64,000 bases of DNA from a virus (taxonomy: Duplodnaviria > Caudoviricetes): positions 5,062 through 69,061 of IMG/VR virus record IMGVR_UViG_3300027419_000030; one strand, written 5' to 3'. Shown piece by piece: positions 19,877-28,787 of the stretch. A program made the translations under genes and the position numbers. The notes beneath the pieces were generated by a model. The model saw only the letters and a list, made by a program, of their open reading frames with translations, was not told the origin of the DNA and searched no databases. The stretch's first letter is position 1. Each line of letters begins with the position of its first letter.

Positions 19877-20817
19877 TTGGTATTAAAGTTTTACTTTTAG
19901 CAGAAACAGATAATGCACAACAACATTTCCTATTGGCGCAAGCCATGCGGAAATATTTAGGGTGGGAAGCTAAATCAATGGTATGCAGGGAGACTTATTT
20001 AGGATATCCTACGGATTGGACAGTAGAAAAGGACATGGATGAAGCAGCAGAATACGCAAGAGACGCAGATCTGTTTATTTTGCAGGACCAATTGTTTGAT
20101 TTTGAAGAAATTCCTTTGAGAAAATGGGCAACTCACAAAAATACAATAATTAATGGTACAGGAAGTAGATTGCGCGAGAGAGTGGATTATTGGAGAATGG
20201 AACAATTCAGAGGTTGGAAGATCGTGCCGATGTTGTGTGACACTACACTTTCAACTAAGATATGCGCACCACCTTTTGAGAATTGGATAGTACCAATAGA
20301 AAGAATAAACGAATTAACGCAGGGAATAGAAAAAAATAACAAAATTTCGGTATGTCATGCACCAACAAAGATGAGATATAAAGGAACAGAACGATTTGAA
20401 AACACAATAAGTGGATACATCGAATCGGGAGAAATAGAATACAAGAGAATAACGGGTTTAACGTGGGAAGAAGCTATAAAAGAGAAGGCAAAGTATCACA
20501 TAGTATTTGATTCATTGGGAGATACACATTATAACGCCGGAAACTCCCTTGAGGGGTTAGTATTAGGGCAAACTGTAGTGAGCAATATAGATCCTTGGTG
20601 CTATTGCTTACATCCAGACTTGCCAATGGTAAGTGTATGGGGATACAAAAACGAACAAGAATTAGGAGACACGATAGCAGATGCAATAACATATGAACAA
20701 ACAGGAGGATTATTCGTAGGAAAAGAAAAAGCAAAAGAATGGGTAATGGAACACTTCGGAGCAAAGAATCAGATATTTAAATGGGCAAATTACATAAGGT
20801 GGGTGCAGGAAAAATGA
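19873..20817 (+). CDS. Glycosyltransferase, GT-B fold
   Basis: VCHAPTKMRYKGT, HIVFDSL...GNSLEGLVLGQTVVS pattern of GT4-like enzymes. Confidence 0.75.
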   Translation: MIGIKVLLLAETDNAQQHFLLAQAMRKYLGWEAKSMVCRETYLGYPTDWTVEKDMDEAAEYARDADLFILQDQLFDFEEIPLRKWATHKNTIINGTGSRLRERVDYWRMEQFRGWKIVPMLCDTTLSTKICAPPFENWIVPIERINELTQGIEKNNKISVCHAPTKMRYKGTERFENTISGYIESGEIEYKRITGLTWEEAIKEKAKYHIVFDSLGDTHYNAGNSLEGLVLGQTVVSNIDPWCYCLHPDLPMVSVWGYKNEQELGDTIADAITYEQTGGLFVGKEKAKEWVMEHFGAKNQIFKWANYIRWVQEK

Positions 20818-21080
20818 TACTTCAAGCAAAAATCAATTCAAAGTACCTAGATGACATACTATCCGGTAAAAAAACGCAAGAATTCCGGCAATTCACAGGA
20901 AATGACTATATGATGGTGGTTGACGAAACGGGACGAAAAGCACAACTAAGAATAAAAAGAATAGCAGAAGCATGTCCGGCCCTAGAGAAAGGAATAAAAG
21001 AAGTACACAAAGACATAAATTGGGACAGCACCGAACCAATTATGGTAATAGAAGTAGAACCAGTAAAATCTCCGCGCTGA
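20814..21080 (+). CDS. ASCH/PUA domain protein
   Basis: INSKYLDDILSGKKTQEFR ASCH signature. Confidence 0.75.
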   Translation: MILQAKINSKYLDDILSGKKTQEFRQFTGNDYMMVVDETGRKAQLRIKRIAEACPALEKGIKEVHKDINWDSTEPIMVIEVEPVKSPR

Positions 21081-21106
21081 AGCGCGGAGATTTGGAGGAA
21101 TTTTTA

Positions 21107-21394
21107 ATGAAAGGAAATCCAATTTGGACATTAGAAGAAATAGAACAGATAGTACGAGAATTAATAGCACAATCTGATCAGGGAGTACATATATTTGAAC
21201 TAAAAATTGAGTGTGTTCCAGTAGGAATAGCAGAACGGAAAATAATAATGTTAGTGGATTATTTGAAAACAAGAAGAATAATATACGAAGACAAGAAGGG
21301 GATATTGCACAAAAATCCAGATTACATCGAAAAGAAGAAAGAGGGAAGCCCATGTAAATTGTGTGAAGACGCATATAAGATATTAAATAGTTAG
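21107..21394 (+). CDS. Winged-helix-like protein
   Basis: GGAGG RBS; IIMLVDYLKTRRIIYEDKKG wing pattern. Confidence 0.45.
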   Translation: MKGNPIWTLEEIEQIVRELIAQSDQGVHIFELKIECVPVGIAERKIIMLVDYLKTRRIIYEDKKGILHKNPDYIEKKKEGSPCKLCEDAYKILNS

Positions 21395-21414
21395 GAAATC
21401 AAAGAGGCATTTTT

Positions 21415-21564
21415 ATGATACAGAAAAACGAAATAGCAAAAAACCTACGAGAAATCGCAGATAAAATAGAAAATGGAGAATATATACAAAACACGTCAAT
21501 GATGGTAACCCATACAGCAATAATGGGACCATACACGATAGAAATAAAATACGTGTCAAGATAA
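21415..21564 (+). CDS. Small hypothetical protein (49 aa)
   Basis: GAGG RBS; MIQKNEIAKNLREIADKIENGE. Confidence 0.45.
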   Translation: MIQKNEIAKNLREIADKIENGEYIQNTSMMVTHTAIMGPYTIEIKYVSR

Positions 21565-21622
21565 AAAAAATATATTCTCGCGCCAGCAGGCGCGAGAATA
21601 AAGAAGATTTGAAGGAATTTTT

Positions 21623-22078
21623 GTGACGATGACGCACAGACCTGAGTTGGACGATTACTTCATGGAGATTGCAAAGGTAGTAGCAAGAAGGTCTACATGC
21701 TTGCGACGAAAGGTTGGTGCAGTATTTGTCAAGGACAAAAGAATTTTGTCTACTGGATACAACGGCGTGCCAAAGGGTCTTCCTCACTGCGAGAACACCG
21801 GATGCCAGCGCGCAGATTATCCAAGCGGAACCTATCACGAAATTTGTCGGGCGGTACATTCAGAGCAGAACGCCATAGTCCAGGCTGCAATACACGGGGT
21901 AAGCATTGAGGGGGCGACCCTTTATTGTACTCATCAGCCATGTGCTCTATGCGCAAAAATGCTGATAAACGCAGGAATTGTGCGAGTAGTCTATGAAGAA
22001 GATTATCCTGATGATGGATCTCTTGGTTTTCTAAAACTTGCTGGAATAACAGTAAAAACCAGAAGAATAAATGATTAG
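21623..22078 (+). CDS. dCMP deaminase
   Basis: [28 protein letters not shown] zinc ligands. Confidence 0.93.
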   Translation: MTMTHRPELDDYFMEIAKVVARRSTCLRRKVGAVFVKDKRILSTGYNGVPKGLPHCENTGCQRADYPSGTYHEICRAVHSEQNAIVQAAIHGVSIEGATLYCTHQPCALCAKMLINAGIVRVVYEEDYPDDGSLGFLKLAGITVKTRRIND

Positions 22079-22105
22079 ATTCTCGCGCATGATGGCGCGA
22101 GAATC

Positions 22106-22513
22106 CTAAAGATCCAGAGTTGTTCCTTCGCCAACCGCGGTATAGAACAGTACGAGATTCTTCTTGGCACTTCCTACAGCCATCTTCGCGGGAAGCGTGG
22201 TAGTTCTGTCGATTCTAATCCACCTACCGCCTTTCTCGAATCCGGCGACCTGAAGACCACTGACAACCTCACGATTATTAACTCCGCCAGTACCTCCAGT
22301 ACAGGTAGACCTACGAGAATAAAGTCCATCATTGGAGCCTACAGCGGCGGCAGTGAGAATAATATCCTCGATAGCAGGTGCCCTACTAGGAAGTCGAATC
22401 CACAGACCAGCGACACCGAACAGCGCGCCATAATACACGCCACCTGAATCGCTCTCATAAAAGGTGGTTTCCCCACTGGTAATAGAAGTGAGTTGCCACT
22501 CAAATTTAGCCAT
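22106..22513 (-). CDS. Small beta-rich virion protein
   Basis: GGAGGT RBS; immediately downstream of the major capsid-like gene. Confidence 0.5.
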   Translation of the reverse strand: MAKFEWQLTSITSGETTFYESDSGGVYYGALFGVAGLWIRLPSRAPAIEDIILTAAAVGSNDGLYSRRSTCTGGTGGVNNREVVSGLQVAGFEKGGRWIRIDRTTTLPAKMAVGSAKKNLVLFYTAVGEGTTLDL

Positions 22514-22515
22514 CT

Positions 22516-23745
22516 TTAGACCTCCTTCTCGTTAAGCTCATACCTGATACCACGAGAATAGACGCCAGCAGCATTGCGGTTAAGAGCACTCCACCCATCA
22601 ACAGCAGTTCCATCGTCCTTCTGTTCGATAGAGCCAATTTCGTTCCAGACGATAAACGGCTTGGGAAGCTTCGTAGGGCCAGCATATACGAACGTACCAG
22701 GATCTCTGGTAGCAGGCATGGCAAACGGGTTCTTCGCGGCCTGCACCTCGTACACCTGCTCAAGCTCGCGACCAGAGCGGCGCAGCCACAGATTCTTAAT
22801 TACGCCAGTGGGCGGATTCTTGAAACCAAGATGGGTAATCTTCAAGGCATCGCGCTTGGTAAAGTCCCAATAAAGCTCGTAATACTTATCCTGGACCTGC
22901 TGACTCTGCATTACGTACTGGTAATACTCATTTACCGTAGTATCTGCCATCTGTTTAGCAAAGACGGAGAAGACATGCAGCTTGGGCCTATCCTGCTCCA
23001 TGCCGCCAGGGAGCTTACCCCAATGTTCCTGCGGCTCAAATGTACCCTGTTCAGGAATCATATTCTTGATCGGGTTCGATGTGAGCTTAGACCTGACAGG
23101 CATCTTCTCAGCGACTTCGAGATCTCCGAGATCGAAATCACAGTTAAGAGTGTTTCCATCGTAATAGTGCTGACCTGTATAAGCGCTCTGGAACTTCAAG
23201 AGATCCTTGAGCTTCTGAACTCCCTGGACCTTGACCATCCACAATCTAACGGTGAGATCCTTGGTAAGAGCTACGCCGCCTTCGGTAGAAGGCGGGCAGG
23301 TAACTTCTACCTCAATTGCCTTACCACTTGGAACCTTCGGGCAAGCCTCTTCAGGCCGACCACCCATAAGCATGGGCAAACCAAAATTGATCGGCATAAC
23401 ACCATGTCTAAGGCCGACAGCCGCAAGAGGATCAGGCCGGAACGGGCTAAACCCAGGAGCAGTTAGCTCATTAAATACCTGATCATTATAGGACTGACCA
23501 CCAATATACACCTTAACGGTATCAAGATGCTCATACATGCCGTTCTTGACACCTGCAAATATCTCAAGTCCTGCAATTTCTCCGAAACCCTCGGACGGGA
23601 TTACAAGGGGCGTTGCCTGATTTTGCTGTTCGCCACTAACCTTATAGGCCGAAGCCTCACCAACCTTAGCAGCATTTCCTACTGCAAGATTCGTGGTGGC
23701 GAATGCAAAATTGAAGTCGAACGGTTCAACAACATACGCAGCGAT
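22516..23745 (-). CDS. Candidate major capsid protein (double jelly-roll-like); extended to a putative ATC start
   Basis: Frame open 69 codons upstream of the annotated ATG 23538 to an ATC 7 nt after GGAGG; strong C/G-ending codon bias; all-beta two-domain pattern; fold is inference. Confidence 0.5.
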   Translation of the reverse strand: MAAYVVEPFDFNFAFATTNLAVGNAAKVGEASAYKVSGEQQNQATPLVIPSEGFGEIAGLEIFAGVKNGMYEHLDTVKVYIGGQSYNDQVFNELTAPGFSPFRPDPLAAVGLRHGVMPINFGLPMLMGGRPEEACPKVPSGKAIEVEVTCPPSTEGGVALTKDLTVRLWMVKVQGVQKLKDLLKFQSAYTGQHYYDGNTLNCDFDLGDLEVAEKMPVRSKLTSNPIKNMIPEQGTFEPQEHWGKLPGGMEQDRPKLHVFSVFAKQMADTTVNEYYQYVMQSQQVQDKYYELYWDFTKRDALKITHLGFKNPPTGVIKNLWLRRSGRELEQVYEVQAAKNPFAMPATRDPGTFVYAGPTKLPKPFIVWNEIGSIEQKDDGTAVDGWSALNRNAAGVYSRGIRYELNEKEV

Positions 23746-23853
23746 TCAAATTCCTCCAAAATAAGACTGAAACGTGATTATATATAAACAAAATAGACTT
23801 AAACAGTAAATGAACGAAAACATAATATAGTAATAAAACAACATATACAAAGA

Positions 23854-24024
23854 ATGGCTAAAAAAGTACACATGGGAATACTGGTAGACGAAGACTATAA
23901 GGAGAGGTTTCAGAAATTGTGCATAGACCATAAGACTACAATGACAAAGGTGATGAAAGACGCGATACAAAACTTCATGGAAACTCATAAACCAAAAGAA
24001 GAGAAATACACAGGAATAATATGA
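23854..24024 (+). CDS. Ribbon-helix-helix regulator (56 aa)
   Basis: MAKKVHMGILVDEDYKERFQKLCIDHKTTMTKVMKDAIQNFM; divergent from capsid gene. Confidence 0.7.
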   Translation: MAKKVHMGILVDEDYKERFQKLCIDHKTTMTKVMKDAIQNFMETHKPKEEKYTGII

Positions 24025-24536
24025 ACGAAATAGAAATCAAATTATCAAGAGGAAAAACTGCATTAATAGACGAGATAGACGAAGATTTAACAAAATTGAA
24101 ATGGTGTACAAATCAATTCGGAAGAGAAACTAGCAAAGTTTGGTACGCACTACGAAAAGGACCGGAAAGGGACGGAAAACAGACAAGCACATTGATGCAT
24201 AGAGTAATACTGGAACGAATTTTAGGAAGAAAATTGGAAAAAGGAGAACAATGTGATCACATAAATCATGACGGATTAGATAATAGGAGGAATAATATAA
24301 GATTGGCAACGAAACAAGAAAATAATAGAAACATGTCAAAAAGCAGAAGTAATAAAACGAGTAAATACAAAGGAGTGTATTGGCACGCAGACAGAAACAA
24401 GTGGAGAGCAAGAATAGTAATAAATGAAAAATCGAAAAGTTTAGGATATTTCATAAATGAAAAAGAAGCAGCAAAAGCTTATAATAATGCAGCAACAGAA
24501 CTATTCGGCGAATTTGCAAAACTGAACGAGGTTTAA
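24021..24536 (+). CDS. HNH-AP2 homing endonuclease
   Basis: MHRVIL, CDHINHDGLDNRRNNIR, SKYKGVYW...KWRARI...LGYF...AAKAYN. Confidence 0.92.
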   Translation: MNEIEIKLSRGKTALIDEIDEDLTKLKWCTNQFGRETSKVWYALRKGPERDGKQTSTLMHRVILERILGRKLEKGEQCDHINHDGLDNRRNNIRLATKQENNRNMSKSRSNKTSKYKGVYWHADRNKWRARIVINEKSKSLGYFINEKEAAKAYNNAATELFGEFAKLNEV

Positions 24537-24540
24537 TAGA

Positions 24541-24933
24541 ATGAACAAGAAGCTTTTAATCTTAATCGCCATCGTCGCGACGATGGCGATAAGCATGGGA
24601 ACGCCATTAGACGCACTAAATAACGCGGGAAAAGTACAAAACGTAGGAGAAATTGACCTGAGAAACGCCAATCCAGCAGCATTCAACTCATCTGCATTCG
24701 AGAATGATAATGTAATGAAAGGAAAGCACTTCACATATTGGGATGACGCAAACGCAGAGGCTTTGAGATCAGAGAAAGCAAATTCTGATTGGGCAAATGC
24801 TACAACGAAGCTGTTTGATTCAACAAATGCGGGCTACGGAAATACTTCGCCTGTAGAATTGTCGGAAATAGTAGCACCAGAAGTTTCAGTGGAAGAATTT
24901 ATAGCTTCGCTAAACAGGAATGGAGGAAATTAA
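24541..24933 (+). CDS. Secreted or membrane-anchored hypothetical protein
   Basis: Signal peptide MNKKLLILIAIVATMAISMG. Confidence 0.6.
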   Translation: MNKKLLILIAIVATMAISMGTPLDALNNAGKVQNVGEIDLRNANPAAFNSSAFENDNVMKGKHFTYWDDANAEALRSEKANSDWANATTKLFDSTNAGYGNTSPVELSEIVAPEVSVEEFIASLNRNGGN

Positions 24934-25381
24934 AATGGCAGAAGATACGACTACAGCAAAGCAGAAAGTATTTGAAGGATATAAGTGTGGAAAATGCGGA
25001 TATCCAGTTAAATTCCTGAACGACGATGCAACTACAACACTTTGTTTCACTTGCGGAGTGAAAAATGATAGACCAAGTGTAGATGAAGAAGATAAAAACG
25101 GCTGGCTACCTTGTGATATTCCAGAAGGATTCGAATGGGAGCAGCCTAGTGGAATTGCAGGACAGGATGTACCACTGAAAAACGGAAAAGACGGCCTAAA
25201 ATACATAGACTACGATAGATTGGTAGCTCTTCCAATGAACGCGCAGGTAATCTACAAAGATGCATTCGCAAAAGATTGGACAAGAGCACAATGGATCATA
25301 GAAAAGGGGTCAGACCCAGCAACCGTAATGAAAAGAATGCGAAACGCGATGAAAAAACAAAGACCAGTAATCATACTGTGA
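24920..25381 (+). CDS. Zn-ribbon protein
   Basis: CGKC...CFTC. Confidence 0.55.
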   Translation: MEEIKMAEDTTTAKQKVFEGYKCGKCGYPVKFLNDDATTTLCFTCGVKNDRPSVDEEDKNGWLPCDIPEGFEWEQPSGIAGQDVPLKNGKDGLKYIDYDRLVALPMNAQVIYKDAFAKDWTRAQWIIEKGSDPATVMKRMRNAMKKQRPVIIL

Positions 25382-25430
25382 ACACCACGCGCCGCTTGCA
25401 AGCGGCGCGGGATTTTATTTTTGAGGTAAA

Positions 25431-25778
25431 ATGGCAGAAAAAGCAACTGTTATAGAATGCGCAATGTGCGGTACAGCAACGGAATTGGGAAAAGCTTGCA
25501 TAGGATTCGGGATAGAAGAACCAATAAGCCAATCACACTATTTTTGCAGTGAAGAATGTAGAAGTGAATTTACAATAGCAGAAACGGCGGCCAAAAACGG
25601 AGTTAATTACGAAATAAGACCAATAATTTGCAACGGAAGAAAGATGGAGTATAAAGAAGGGCTTTCTGAAGAGGACTTAGAAGCACTGAAGAAAGGAGAA
25701 GTAATAAAATGCATGGATGAGGAGCAATTTGCAATGGCAGTGTATATGGACCCATTTGGAGTAGTAAAGGAGTTTTAA
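25431..25778 (+). CDS. TRASH-like Zn-binding protein
   Basis: CAMC...YFCSEEC. Confidence 0.55.
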   Translation: MAEKATVIECAMCGTATELGKACIGFGIEEPISQSHYFCSEECRSEFTIAETAAKNGVNYEIRPIICNGRKMEYKEGLSEEDLEALKKGEVIKCMDEEQFAMAVYMDPFGVVKEF

Positions 25779-25811
25779 AAAGATTATGAATTTCGCGCTT
25801 CAGCGCGAAAT

Positions 25812-26291
25812 TCATGTACTGAAGCATTTTTGACACATTTTAAACTGAGTTTGCATTGCAGACACATTATCTATGGTGCAATAGAATTTATTGGACTTAC
25901 TAACTGAAAGAAGGCCATTATCTGTGAGCCACTTTACACACGCCATAACTGTAGACTTATCGAGTTTAGTTCCATCAACAATTTGCTGCAATGTCTGACA
26001 ATCCTTCTCGAACATGGCAGAAACAGCCTTTAAGTTATCAAGAGAAACCGCGTCACCAGAAGCAGCAGTGGTAGCAGGGAGAGTAACAGGTGTAGAAGGA
26101 GACGCAACTTCCGTTTCTTCAGCAGAAGAAACAAGATTACCTTCTTCTGTCTCAGATAGAGATTCGGCTACAGGAACAGTACCGAAACTAAATTCTTGTG
26201 TCGATTCCGTAGTACTTGAGGAGGAAACTTTAGTAGAATTATCAGTTGAAAACTCCTCAGTTATAATGCCTTCATCAAGGATATCAGCCAT
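25812..26291 (-). CDS. Acidic low-complexity protein with C-terminal winged helix
   Basis: LQQIVDGTKLDKSTVMACVKWLTDNGLL. Confidence 0.5.
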   Translation of the reverse strand: MADILDEGIITEEFSTDNSTKVSSSSTTESTQEFSFGTVPVAESLSETEEGNLVSSAEETEVASPSTPVTLPATTAASGDAVSLDNLKAVSAMFEKDCQTLQQIVDGTKLDKSTVMACVKWLTDNGLLSVSKSNKFYCTIDNVSAMQTQFKMCQKCFST

Positions 26292-26304
26292 ATTATATCA
26301 CCTA

Positions 26305-27018
26305 TTACGCATTTCTTGTATAAATTCCTACTTGGATCTTAGTGGTAGTCCCCCACGTGCGCGGGTTTCCATCAATATACATAGTTTTATTTATCGTAAT
26401 TTCCCTAGAAAGCCACGTAATTCCGCCAGGATCTACAACTGGAATAATAGAAGAGGCAAAATCTACGGAAACACTCTTTTTATATTGATCAGTTAGTTTC
26501 AAAGTCATCCAACCAGACCAAGTTTTATTACCAATATTCTTAAACTCATAAGAAAATGTAGTAATTCCATCAAAATTTAATGTAGACGGGACCATTTTAC
26601 GATTGCCGGTAGCTCTGAGAAGCGGCCTATCGAGTGTGTGAGTTTCTATGAGAGAATTTACATCATCAAGTACAGATTGTGCAGCAGTAGTAAGTTTGTC
26701 AGAGTAATCTTTGATATAAGTAGAAAAATCAGTAGCTTCAGCAGTAGTAGTAATAGTTTCATTATAATCTATAGAAGCATTTTGTGCGCGAGTGCTAAAT
26801 AGAGCTAGAGCTTCATTAATCTTGGAAAGAACTTCATTTCTAGTACCATTGAGCAACGTAGAAATAGCAGTCCTGAATTTAGTACCATCAACATATATTT
26901 TAACGGGATGGAGCTTAATATACGGGGCAGCTACATCTATAGCATGCCCTAATAGGGCATTAGCATCGCTATATGCAAGAGAAACCTGTGATTGTGCTAA
27001 TTCGAGAGAAGTAGTGAT
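26305..27018 (-). CDS. Helical protein with C-terminal Ig-like domain; extended to a putative ATC start
   Basis: Frame open 54 codons upstream of TTG 26856; the extension is homologous to the upstream paralog (HPVKIYVDGTKFR vs HPIYIDGSDYR). Confidence 0.55.
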   Translation of the reverse strand: MTTSLELAQSQVSLAYSDANALLGHAIDVAAPYIKLHPVKIYVDGTKFRTAISTLLNGTRNEVLSKINEALALFSTRAQNASIDYNETITTTAEATDFSTYIKDYSDKLTTAAQSVLDDVNSLIETHTLDRPLLRATGNRKMVPSTLNFDGITTFSYEFKNIGNKTWSGWMTLKLTDQYKKSVSVDFASSIIPVVDPGGITWLSREITINKTMYIDGNPRTWGTTTKIQVGIYTRNA

Positions 27019-28787
27019 GAAATCCCCCCAACGGTATTAACAATGATAGTAGGTATCACATTATCACCAAGTTCATCTAAATTATAAATCAAACTGCCAG
27101 GAACTATGATACTGAATGATTTGGTTTGGCCAGGAAGCAAAGATTCAAGTCCAAGGCGCTTGTTCCACTTGAAGTAAGGAACTTCATAATCACCAGTATA
27201 AGTTTCACCAGTTTCCTCAAGATAATTAGCAGCATAAGTATCGTAATCGACAGAAGAAGTAAGCCTTATACCAAACCAACCTTGCCATGCAGCCAAACCT
27301 ATATTTATTACATCGAATGTAAATTTGTTATTATAAACAGTGACATCATCACTAGTATCATCGGTATCTTTATCATCTACGTACGAAAGTGTTTTAGTTA
27401 TGCTGGCAGGCGCGGTACTAGCACCTGTGTATCTAAGCAAAGGTGGTTTTGTGTAATATTTATCAGTGACGCGAGTAAGATATGAAGATAAACCATCTGA
27501 AACGGTACTTAATTTAGTAGAATAAACAGTAAAGTAATTAGAAATTCGATCATTATACTTATTAATAGCAGTAGACAATTTGGATTCAATAGTAGCCAAC
27601 TGTTCTTCAGTTAGGCCAGGAACATTATTGTTGATATAGGAGATTACATCGGTCTGAAGAGATTCAAGAAATGAACTATAATTAGAACTAATAACATCAG
27701 TTTTAGTATTATACTCATTGATTATAGAATTAACTTCATCAGATAATAACTGAGAAGCACCATTTACAACAGTGGCTTTACCATTTCTATAATCAGAACC
27801 ATCGATATAAATGGGATGATAGGCATCTTTGAAATATCTATCAATGATCTTGATGGTCCCATTAGCTCGTTCAGATAAGGAAGACACCAAATTATTGAGG
27901 TTATTGCGAATTCTAATAGATTCGGTGAACATCTTGGATGAAAGAACGGTAATAGCAACAGCGAAAGCATAATCTGCTTTGTTATACAAATCGGATGAGA
28001 GATTAGTAAAAAGAGCAGATATATTTGCATTTGACGAAGCCAATGCAGAACTTATACTGGCTTGACTAGAAACTATGAGATTTTCAGCAGAAGAAGACCA
28101 ATATTTATATAATGAAATTGAATCATTATACGAAGTATTAGCTTTATCAATGGCATCATTATATGTATCTGAAATTTCTGTCAAAATGTTATTTACATCA
28201 GAATAAAAACTCGGAGGAAGAGTTTTATAGGAAGCATAAATAGACTTCAATCTATCTATGGACTCTTGAGCGTGCTTATCAGCACGCTCAATTGAACCAA
28301 GATACGAATCTGTTAGATAATTAATATAATACTCGGAAGCTTTAGTCTGGGCAACGGTTAAAGCGGAAGAAAACTTGGTGCTTGCAGAAGTAATGAGATT
28401 TCCGACTTTAGTAGTGGCTTCTGTGGAATAGGAAGATATATGAGAAGAAAGAGAAGTTATTTCACTCTGTATAGAATCAAGTTGCTGCTGGGAAGTAATC
28501 ATTGAATTAGAAACGTACCTATTTATGGATTGAGAGCACTTTTCAACAGCAGCAGACAAATCTACAACGAAATCTCCATAAATTCCAGACGTAGAATCAC
28601 CGATGCCAAGCGAAAAAGCAACAGTAACTTTATCAAACACATCAGTAGACGTAATAGGCTCGTAAGGAACTGCTTGGATCTGAGAAATGATGGGATTCAC
28701 TAAAGAATCGAGCTTTTTCTGAAATCGTGCAACAGATTGATCTATATCAGAATCAAATATTGCACGAATTTCAGATAAACTATTCAT
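26997..28787 (-). CDS. Ser-rich helical/coiled-coil protein with C-terminal Ig-like domain (virion)
   Basis: Long amphipathic S/A/Y-rich helices; FTFDVINIGLAAWQGWFGIRLT motif. Confidence 0.6.
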   Translation of the reverse strand: MNSLSEIRAIFDSDIDQSVARFQKKLDSLVNPIISQIQAVPYEPITSTDVFDKVTVAFSLGIGDSTSGIYGDFVVDLSAAVEKCSQSINRYVSNSMITSQQQLDSIQSEITSLSSHISSYSTEATTKVGNLITSASTKFSSALTVAQTKASEYYINYLTDSYLGSIERADKHAQESIDRLKSIYASYKTLPPSFYSDVNNILTEISDTYNDAIDKANTSYNDSISLYKYWSSSAENLIVSSQASISSALASSNANISALFTNLSSDLYNKADYAFAVAITVLSSKMFTESIRIRNNLNNLVSSLSERANGTIKIIDRYFKDAYHPIYIDGSDYRNGKATVVNGASQLLSDEVNSIINEYNTKTDVISSNYSSFLESLQTDVISYINNNVPGLTEEQLATIESKLSTAINKYNDRISNYFTVYSTKLSTVSDGLSSYLTRVTDKYYTKPPLLRYTGASTAPASITKTLSYVDDKDTDDTSDDVTVYNNKFTFDVINIGLAAWQGWFGIRLTSSVDYDTYAANYLEETGETYTGDYEVPYFKWNKRLGLESLLPGQTKSFSIIVPGSLIYNLDELGDNVIPTIIVNTVGGISSLLLSN

